From Clostridiaceae bacterium (GTDB lineage Bacteria > Bacillota > Clostridia > Peptostreptococcales > Natronincolaceae): a stretch of DNA of 32,000 nucleotides. The notes beneath the pieces are model-generated. The model was not told the DNA's origin and ran no database searches. It saw only the letters and a list, made by a program, of their open reading frames with translations. The position numbers and the translations under genes are program-made. Position 1 is the stretch's first letter, and each line of letters starts with the position of its first letter. The stretch covers positions 1,461 to 33,460 of the forward strand of contig JAHDLO010000012.1 in assembly GCA_018432235.1 (NCBI GenBank). The letters are read 5' to 3'. This document shows, piece after piece, positions 25,866 to 32,000 of this stretch.

Positions 25866-27122
25866 GTGGAAAAAGATAAGAAAGCTACAAATACAAATCT
25901 AATATTGTTATTGCTTGGAAGGATGGTTTCCGATACTGGAACGAGCCTCCAAATGGTGATTATCCCTCTGTATATCATTGATGTCGGGGGCTCAGCAGCT
26001 ACTGTGGGACTGTTTTCATTTCTGGCTTTAATGCCGGCGCTTCTCGTATATCCCCTTGCCGGAGTGATAGGTGATAGGTTGAACCGAAAGACAATCATGG
26101 TGGCAACAGATTTCGCCAGTGCCGGGATAATACTTGGATTAGCTTTTGCCTCCTATTTAGGTAAAATGAGTCTTGTTTTACTTTTGACGGTTCAGGTTAT
26201 AGTATCTTTGCTGAACGGTTTGTTTGATCCGGCCACAAAGGGAATGCTTCCCCAGTTGGTAGAACAGGATAAACTGACACGGGCCAATTCTGCTGTAGCA
26301 TCCCTTAGAACATTGTCATCTCTTCTCGGACCTGTCATCGGGGCTGCTTTGTATGTAAAATTGGGGATTACGGTACTATTTTTTATTAATGGTATATCAT
26401 TTTTGTTGTCGGCAACTAGTGAGATGCTCATAAAGTATAAGCATTCCAAGCGAGAAGTGGGCAAAGGTATACAGGGAATAGTAGCAGATTTGTCTGAAGG
26501 CCTCAAGTTCATCTTGGATAATAAGTTGATTCGTAAACTATGTGTTTTTTTCTTGATAATATATGCCTTGATTCAGCCTATATTTACCGTAGTGTTACCT
26601 CTGTTTTTTAGAACCCGGCTTAATTACTCTGATACACAGTACGGCTATTTACAAATGATAATAATATTGGGTGCACTCCTTGGAAGTATTCTGGTGGGAC
26701 TGTTGTTTGGTAAAGAGAAAAAGGTGATTAAATCGCTTATGATCGGCTGTAATCTGCTCATGGGTATGATGCTGGCATTTTCGGTGTTATTGTTCCCATC
26801 CAGCTTATCTCAGCTGGGAAAAGACACGCTTTTGTATTTTTCCTTGCTGTCGGGAGTTCTTTGTCTGTTAAGTGTTTCTATCATGTTCATCCATGTTCCG
26901 GTACAGGCACTTATACAAAGGAAAACGCCGAACGAATATATGTCTCGAATATTTTCAATAGTTGGAATAATTACTAAGGGTGGAATTCCTCTCGGTGCAT
27001 TAATGTATGGATTTATCCTCAACACCATTGAAATGCACTGGACGATATTTTCGTCTACATTACTGATGATGTTGGTTTCAGTTGTGTTTTTAATCTCATT
27101 ATCAAAAGCACATGATATTTAA
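25866..27122 (+). CDS. MFS transporter (12-TM efflux type)
   Basis: 418 aa, with a GTG start 8 nt after GAGGTG. It is hydrophobic throughout. The motif GVIGDRLNRK lies in the loop 2-3 position (MFS motif A-like). Confidence 0.8.
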   Translation: MEKDKKATNTNLILLLLGRMVSDTGTSLQMVIIPLYIIDVGGSAATVGLFSFLALMPALLVYPLAGVIGDRLNRKTIMVATDFASAGIILGLAFASYLGKMSLVLLLTVQVIVSLLNGLFDPATKGMLPQLVEQDKLTRANSAVASLRTLSSLLGPVIGAALYVKLGITVLFFINGISFLLSATSEMLIKYKHSKREVGKGIQGIVADLSEGLKFILDNKLIRKLCVFFLIIYALIQPIFTVVLPLFFRTRLNYSDTQYGYLQMIIILGALLGSILVGLLFGKEKKVIKSLMIGCNLLMGMMLAFSVLLFPSSLSQLGKDTLLYFSLLSGVLCLLSVSIMFIHVPVQALIQRKTPNEYMSRIFSIVGIITKGGIPLGALMYGFILNTIEMHWTIFSSTLLMMLVSVVFLISLSKAHDI

Positions 27123-27182
27123 ACATAGATCCTTTTTAGTTTTTCACTAATAGTTGTGAATAATATAAAAATTGAATTATCA

Positions 27183-27268
27183 GAGTTAAGGGCAAACCTG
27201 TCGAAAGGTAGGGACGCAAAGCCAAAGGGTCTAATGTGCTCGATGCACTATGACAGCCGGTTGCCGCA
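27183..27268 (+). promoter_or_regulatory. Cyclic-di-GMP-I (GEMM-I) riboswitch aptamer
   Basis: The core is AAGGGCAAACCUGUCGAAAGGUAGGGACGCAAAGCC. The P2 hairpin CCUGUC-GAAA-GGUAGG is capped by a GNRA loop. It is followed by ...GACAGCCGGUUGCCG. GGCAA (27191-95) pairs with UUGCC (27261-65). This matches the conserved GEMM-I core (compare Vc2: GGGCAAACC....GAAA....GGGACGCAAAGCC ... GGGGUUACCG). Confidence 0.75.
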
Positions 27269-27283
27269 TTACTATGTGACTAA

Positions 27284-27317
27284 GACCTGCCCTTTTTTGC
27301 GGCAGGTTTTTCATTTT
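27284..27317 (+). terminator. Intrinsic terminator forming the riboswitch expression platform
   Basis: Stem ACCTGCC (27285-91) / GGCAGGT (27301-07), followed by TTTTTCATTTT. The right arm GCGGCA (27299-304) can alternatively pair with TGCCGC (27262-67) at the aptamer 3' end. Confidence 0.6.
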
Positions 27318-27362
27318 GTATGGGATAGCATATGGCTGATGCGATATTGGAGGTGAAACAAC

Positions 27363-27695
27363 ATGCATAATGATAATATGGACAAGCTGGGGAAAATTAT
27401 TAAAACTGCTCGGAAAGAAAATAACCTCACTCGAGAGCAGCTAGCTGAGAAAATTAATATTACACCTCGCTATCTCATGGCTATTGAGAACGAAAATAAG
27501 AAGCCGAGCTATCATGTTCTTTTTAATCTTATACGCGAATTAGGCATATCCGCAAATATGATCTTTTTTTCTGAAAAACTACATGCAGATACAAAAACTG
27601 AGCTGCTTATTCAATTATTATATATGTGCGATGAGAAGGAACTCAAGGTTATAACTGCAACAATAAAAGCTTTGTTGGACAATAAAAAAGAATGA
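27363..27695 (+). CDS. XRE-family helix-turn-helix transcriptional regulator
   Basis: 110 aa with a GGAGGTG RBS. The HTH_3 pattern is LTREQLAEKINITPRYLMAIENENKKPSYHVLFNLIRELGIS. Confidence 0.85.
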   Translation: MHNDNMDKLGKIIKTARKENNLTREQLAEKINITPRYLMAIENENKKPSYHVLFNLIRELGISANMIFFSEKLHADTKTELLIQLLYMCDEKELKVITATIKALLDNKKE

Positions 27696-28076
27696 ATACA
27701 TAGAAGCGTGTTATTCAAAGAAGTCTTATAGCAAAACAGTAGAAAATGAAGAGGCATATTGTAAGTAAGAAATAGCTTTTTAATGTAACGGGCTGTGCCG
27801 TTAAATAAAAAAGGTGAGTTTGTGGGACTTCCTGTGCTTGAGTATAGCCCCCTTATACTCACAAGTTTGGAGGGTATTTTTATGCTTATTCAGTATGTCA
27901 TAATTCGACAACCGCTATTGAATAGCGGCCAGGCGTGATAAAGCAGACATTGTTTTATACTTTATAGCTAATGTTGAACTATTAAAAAAAGCCTATTTCG
28001 GGCAAGGGGCAAATATGACCAACAAGTAGAACTACCAGACCCTAAAAATAGGAAATGTAAAAACATAAGTGTTGTA

Positions 28077-28113
28077 AAAGCTCATTTGGATTGTACCCAA
28101 GTGAGCTTTTTTT
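28077..28113 (+). terminator. Rho-independent terminator
   Basis: Stem AGCTCATTTGG (28079-89) / CCAAGTGAGCT (28097-107), 11 bp with one G.U pair and a 7-nt loop, followed by a T6 run. Confidence 0.6.
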
Positions 28114-28197
28114 GTCGCATAAAGCGGAATTGCGTCGGTTGTCGTTCTCCGCCCTCTGTTTTGGTTTTCCAAAGAAATCAAAACGGAGGTTAGGAAA

Positions 28198-28620
28198 ATG
28201 AAAAGGATCAATTTGCGGGATTATTACCCGTTTTATAAATCTGATTTTTTTATTGAAGTAGCTGATGAAATCGCACTATCCCTAAAACGCTTTGAATTGG
28301 ACGAGAGTGCCTATCGACTACGAACATACAGGCACAAAGCGTACTACTCTCTTGACCGGAACGACGGTATAGAAAATGAGATTATATTTATATCATTATC
28401 TCCCCAGGAAATTTACGAAAGAAGAATTACAAATAATGAGCTTTATGCTGCAATCAACAGCCTGCCGGAAAAACAGGCAAAGCGGATTTACGCATATTTC
28501 TTTTTAGGTATGAGTAAAGCGGATATTGCAAAAGCGGAAGGTGTTCGAGAAAGTGCAGTCAGAGAATCCATTGAGCGTGGACTTAAAAATATTGAAAAAT
28601 TTCTAAAAAACTTTTTATAA
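28198..28620 (+). CDS. Small sigma-70 region-4-like regulator (ICE/transposon sigma-like factor)
   Basis: 140 aa with a GGAGG RBS. The C-terminus LPEKQAKRIYAYFFLGMSKADIAKAEGVRESAVRESIERGLKNI is a region 4.2-type HTH. Confidence 0.7.
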   Translation: MKRINLRDYYPFYKSDFFIEVADEIALSLKRFELDESAYRLRTYRHKAYYSLDRNDGIENEIIFISLSPQEIYERRITNNELYAAINSLPEKQAKRIYAYFFLGMSKADIAKAEGVRESAVRESIERGLKNIEKFLKNFL

Positions 28621-29154
28621 CACCCTGCGGTTTTGCCTTAAAAATGAACTGGTTATTAGAGGGACAACTTCTACCCCCCTCAATTGAACCTTGACAATTA
28701 AATAATTGTTTTCCGGTACGTTCCCCGTATGTCCTGAAAGGGAAAGCCAGATTGCAGGTACGCCAAGACCACCTGTTCGATATCAATCACAATATAAGTG
28801 ATGTATTCACGCTAATGCAAATCTGAAAGGAAGGTGCGAGCGATCAATACCCGTGCAATAAATAGATGATGGTTACGCTTAAGGCGATGATACATGCGAG
28901 GGATAATGATACTTCCGTCCAGCCACAGCCCCGCGAAGCGGGAACACGCAATGGGGGCGGCTCGGTGAGAACCACGGAGAGGTGTAATTCCTATGAGGAT
29001 GGTTAACCGCCATCTGCCGGATAAACATAATGAAAATAAAACCAAAACAGAAATGTAGGTTAGGGGTGCGCTTTAATATATGACTATTTAAAAAGGCGTA
29101 CCCTTGATACTGCAAGAATATAGAAATTAGTGATTGTGAGGATGGAGGGGTTTT

Positions 29155-29301
29155 ATGAGAGATAAATTGATTCGATATAGCATGCAAATTGCTATGTTGA
29201 GGCAATTATTGACCTTGGCTTTGATCACTGAGAAGGAATTTGCATTAATCAAAAATAAGCTTATGCAGGACTATGGTGTAGTTTCAGACTTGACATCTTA
29301 A
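29155..29301 (+). CDS. 48-aa SHOCT-like small protein immediately upstream of the recombinase (not in the ORF track)
   Basis: ATG at 29155 after GGATGGAGGGG. The translation is MRDKLIRYSMQIAMLRQLLTLALITEKEFALIKNKLMQDYGVVSDLTS. The L..glITekEF..iK.kL pattern resembles SHOCT. Confidence 0.45.
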   Translation: MRDKLIRYSMQIAMLRQLLTLALITEKEFALIKNKLMQDYGVVSDLTS

Positions 29302-29373
29302 TTTACACATTTGTGAAATATTCAATAGATTATTATACTGATTCCGTAATAATAAAAGCTGAAAGGGGGATTT

Positions 29374-31089
29374 ATGATGCATGAAGTTGAAGTGATTAGA
29401 GCAAATAGGAAGATATCTGAACGTACAGCAGGGAAGCTGACGGATATATTGCGTGTTGCTCCTTATGCCAGAGTTAGTACGGATTCAGAGGAACAATTAA
29501 GCAGTTATAAATCACAGGTTGCTTATTATACGGACTTGGTGGAAAAGCGCAAGGATTGGGTTTTGGTAGACATTTATGCTGATGAAGCCATAACAGGCAC
29601 ACAGGTGACAAAGCGTGAAAATTTCCAGCGGATGATTAATGATTGTATGGACGGAAAAATCGATATGATTATTACAAAATCCATATCAAGATTTGCAAGA
29701 AATACCCTGGATACTCTGAAATATGTCCGTATGTTAAAGGAAAGAAACATTGCCGTATTTTTTGAGGATGAGAACATCAATACGATGACAATGGACGGCG
29801 AATTGCTGCTTGTCATACTAAGCTCTGTCGCACAGCAGGAGGTTGAGAACATTTCCGCCAATGTGAAAAAAGGCTTGAAGATGAAAATGAAGCGCGGTGA
29901 ACTGGTTGGATTCCAAAGCTGTTTGGGGTATGATTATGATCCGACTGATAAGAGTATTTCTATAAATGAAGCAGAAGCAAATGTTGTTAGATACATATTC
30001 GACCGGTATGTTGACGGTGCCGGTGCTTATGTTATTGCAAAGGAGTTAACCAGCCTTGGATATAAAACCAGGTATGGAAATACGCAATGGCATGACACGA
30101 CTGTTTTAGGAATAATTAAAAATGAAAAATACAAAGGGGATGTTTTGCAGGGCAAAACATTTACTGTTGATCCTATATCAAAAAGAAGACTGGATAACTA
30201 TGGTGAGGAGGATCAATTCTACGTAAAAAATCATCACGAGCCTATTGTCAGTGAAGAAGTTTTTGAAAAAGCACAGGCAATTTTAAGCAGGAGAGGAATT
30301 AATCGCCGCGGTGTTGAAAAGGGAAAGCGTGAAAAATACAGCAGAAAATTTGCTTTTAGCAGCAAGCTGGAGTGTGCTTTTTGCGGTGGAAATTTATCGC
30401 GTCGGAACTGGCATAGCGGCACTGTACATGAAAAAGTCATCTGGCAGTGTGTAGCTGCTACGAAAAAGGGCAAAAAATATTGTCCGAACAGTAAAGCAAT
30501 TGAAGAAAAAATTCTTGAGGATGCTTTTGTTGAATCGTACAAGCTGTTGTGCGATAATAATTCTGATGTGCTGGATGAACTTGTTAAGAGGATGGAAGCT
30601 GTTTTGAAAAGCAATGATTTCCAAAAGAGGCTTGTAAAAGTGGAAAATGAAATTCACGCCGTTGAACAGAAGCGAAACCGGCTGATTGACCTTCACCTGG
30701 AGGAAAAGATAGATAAAGCTGCTTATGAAAAGAAGTACGAAGAGTTTGAAATGATTTTGGATGACCTTCTGAGTGAAAAGGAGCAATTGGAGCAGTCTTC
30801 ACAAGAAGAAATTGACCTTGGAAAACGGATCGAGCATTTCCGGAAAGTGCTTGAGAAGAATGAAGTTTTAACGACTTTCGACCGATGTGTCTTTGAAAGC
30901 ATTGTTGAGAAGGTTATTATCGGAGAAGTAGATAAAGATGGAAAGCCTAACCCATATAAGCTTACTTTTGTTTATAAGACAGGATTTTATAATGCTGTGC
31001 AGAGCAAAATGCATAAGCAGTTTAAAAAAAAGAGACGGCAAAATGATGTGGTAGATTTGCCTTCCTATTCATCGGCCGACACATGTTGA
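29374..31089 (+). CDS. Large serine recombinase (integrase of the element)
   Basis: 571 aa. The resolvase catalytic domain has YARVSTDSEEQ (nucleophile Ser) and ITKSISRFARN. It also has a recombinase domain, the zinc ribbon CAFCGGNL...WQC...KYCPN, and a C-terminal coiled coil. Confidence 0.9.
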   Translation: MMHEVEVIRANRKISERTAGKLTDILRVAPYARVSTDSEEQLSSYKSQVAYYTDLVEKRKDWVLVDIYADEAITGTQVTKRENFQRMINDCMDGKIDMIITKSISRFARNTLDTLKYVRMLKERNIAVFFEDENINTMTMDGELLLVILSSVAQQEVENISANVKKGLKMKMKRGELVGFQSCLGYDYDPTDKSISINEAEANVVRYIFDRYVDGAGAYVIAKELTSLGYKTRYGNTQWHDTTVLGIIKNEKYKGDVLQGKTFTVDPISKRRLDNYGEEDQFYVKNHHEPIVSEEVFEKAQAILSRRGINRRGVEKGKREKYSRKFAFSSKLECAFCGGNLSRRNWHSGTVHEKVIWQCVAATKKGKKYCPNSKAIEEKILEDAFVESYKLLCDNNSDVLDELVKRMEAVLKSNDFQKRLVKVENEIHAVEQKRNRLIDLHLEEKIDKAAYEKKYEEFEMILDDLLSEKEQLEQSSQEEIDLGKRIEHFRKVLEKNEVLTTFDRCVFESIVEKVIIGEVDKDGKPNPYKLTFVYKTGFYNAVQSKMHKQFKKKRRQNDVVDLPSYSSADTC

Positions 31090-31182
31090 GTGCGTTGTCT
31101 TGATAGCAAGAAACGCAAGTCCAGAAAATCCTTTAAAATACTAGGTTTTATAAAATAAAAGTAAATCTATCCACTCGATTTA

Positions 31183-31227
31183 TACCCTTGATATGTGTTC
31201 ATGGAAGCATATCGAGGGTAATTTTTT
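31183..31227 (+). terminator. Rho-independent terminator downstream of the recombinase
   Basis: Stem TACCCTTGATATG / CATATCGAGGGTA (13 bp with one G.U pair), followed by ATTTTTT. Confidence 0.6.
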
Positions 31228-31341
31228 AGCAAAAAAGAAGCTAAATTAATTCTTTTTTAATTTTTAAATCCTTTTGTTCTTATATTCGTTAATATAAGTA
31301 TAAGGTATTTTACAAACTAAGAGTGGAAGGAGGCGGTTACC

Positions 31342-31884
31342 ATTGAGGATTATATATTAATACGCCAAATACAAAAAGGTGATAAGCATGCATTTGACAC
31401 TTTAGTAAGAAAGTATTATGGGAATATTTACAGCTATTGTATTAGACGGATTGGTAATCAAGTGGTGGCCGCCGACTTAACTCAAGATATTTTTCTAAAG
31501 CTGATAAAGAGTATCTATCATTACCGATTTACGGGAAAGTTCATTAACTTTTTATTTACAATAGCCGTTAATACCTGCAACGACTATTACAAAAAGCCCC
31601 TGCAGAGCTATGAAGATGTCGACAGCTTACAGAAAAGTGGCAGCGAACCTGAACCTATAGACGGGGTCATTCAGAATGAGGAAGCAAAGGCTATCAAGAA
31701 AAAAATAGATAATCTTCCTGATTTTCAAAAAGATACCATTATTCTTTATTACTATCATGATATTAAGGCCAAGGATATTGCAAAGATTATGGGAGTAAGT
31801 TTACCTACAGTAAAATCACGATTGAAGCAAGGAAAGGATAAGCTTAAAAAAATGTTAAGTGAGGAGGATTACTTTGAAAGATAG
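31342..31884 (+). CDS. ECF-type sigma-70 family factor. The start is probably the non-canonical ATT at 31342.
   Basis: The frame is open from 31321. Region 2 (IRQIQKGDKHAFDTLVRKYYGNIYSYCIRRIGN..AADLTQDIF) lies upstream of the track's GTG at 31462. Region 4 reads DFQKDTIILYYYHDIKAKDIAKIMGVSLPTVKSRL. The GGAAGGAGG RBS ends 8 nt before ATT. Confidence 0.7.
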   Translation: MEDYILIRQIQKGDKHAFDTLVRKYYGNIYSYCIRRIGNQVVAADLTQDIFLKLIKSIYHYRFTGKFINFLFTIAVNTCNDYYKKPLQSYEDVDSLQKSGSEPEPIDGVIQNEEAKAIKKKIDNLPDFQKDTIILYYYHDIKAKDIAKIMGVSLPTVKSRLKQGKDKLKKMLSEEDYFER

Positions 31885-32000
31885 AGATCGCTTTAAGGAA
31901 ATGCTTCATCAATATCACGTGCCCTATGGCGCAGAAGAGGATATTGCTAGGACTATATTGGAAGGACAAAAAGTTATGACGGGAATAGTATCTTCTAAAA
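31874..32000 (+). CDS. 5' end of a probable anti-sigma factor gene (partial; it runs off the window)
   Basis: TTG at 31874, 6 nt after GAGGAGG, overlapping the sigma stop. The frame is open to the window end (MKDRDRFKEMLHQYHVPYGAEEDIARTILEG...). Confidence 0.4.
   Translation, partial: MKDRDRFKEMLHQYHVPYGAEEDIARTILEGQKVMTGIVSSK

Noticed and set aside
27156-27356. 66-aa track ORF
   Set aside because: It lies exactly over the c-di-GMP-I riboswitch aptamer and its terminator, and has no RBS. The RNA explanation accounts for the sequence better.
28827-29030. Possible group II intron 5' end (GGTGCGAGCG) or cobalamin riboswitch (GGGAA ... GGUGUAAUUCC ... CCGCCAUCUGCCGG)
   Set aside because: Only isolated motif-like strings are present. 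There is no domain V or reverse-transcriptase ORF for an intron. The spacing and order of the B12 elements are wrong, and no B12 box is seen. The region is left as an unassigned structured region.
28812-29205. Two overlapping minus-strand ORFs (77 and 108 aa)
   Set aside because: They have no RBS and overlap each other. They are Arg/His/Ser-rich translations of a hairpin-rich region, so I treat the region as non-coding.
1-32000. Search for CRISPR arrays, tRNA/rRNA genes, IS elements with terminal inverted repeats, and long direct repeats marking att sites
   Set aside because: I could find none by eye. The only long-range repeat noticed is the toxin-gene relic (1818-1940 against 6579-6705). 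The left ICE end is outside the window.

Overview
The window looks like most of a Clostridia-type integrative conjugative element (ICE), almost entirely on the + strand. There is no rRNA, tRNA or CRISPR. The backbone is higher in GC. By hand count, 35 of 60 nt are G+C at 9301-9360.

Backbone genes, in order:
- the tail of a large upstream ORF
- a DUF3991/toprim protein
- a Phd/YefM-RelE/ParE toxin-antitoxin (TA) pair
- a candidate oriT, then MobC and a relaxase
- PcfB, an ArdC-like protein and a VirD4/TraG coupling protein
- Maff2, a VirB6-like protein, a PrgI/VirB3-like protein and a VirB4 ATPase
- a membrane-anchored T4SS protein that appears truncated at its 3' end

Two accessory regions interrupt the backbone.

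(A) 1972-8323 is a sharply lower-GC island (19 of 60 G+C at 2041-2100).
- It starts 21 nt after the TA toxin.
- It encodes a 1519-aa NACHT-type STAND NTPase with an N-terminal Mrr-like PD-(D/E)xK domain, a 94-aa ORF, and a 435-aa protein whose N-terminus is a degenerate HNH-like Cys motif.
- A decayed second copy of the toxin 3' end lies just after the giant gene.
- This is my best candidate for an uncharacterised defence-type system.

(B) 20605-29300 contains:
- a RadC/JAB pair
- a decayed GGDEF pseudogene
- a TetR / rifampin-phosphotransferase-like / MFS cassette with paired operators
- a c-di-GMP-I (GEMM-I) riboswitch with a terminator, directly upstream of an XRE regulator
- a small sigma-like regulator
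- about 530 bp of unexplained structured-looking non-coding DNA
- a small SHOCT-like ORF

A large serine recombinase (29374-31089) probably marks the right end of the element. It is followed by an ECF sigma / anti-sigma pair that is probably flanking DNA.

All functional calls rest on motifs read by eye. No database search was possible.
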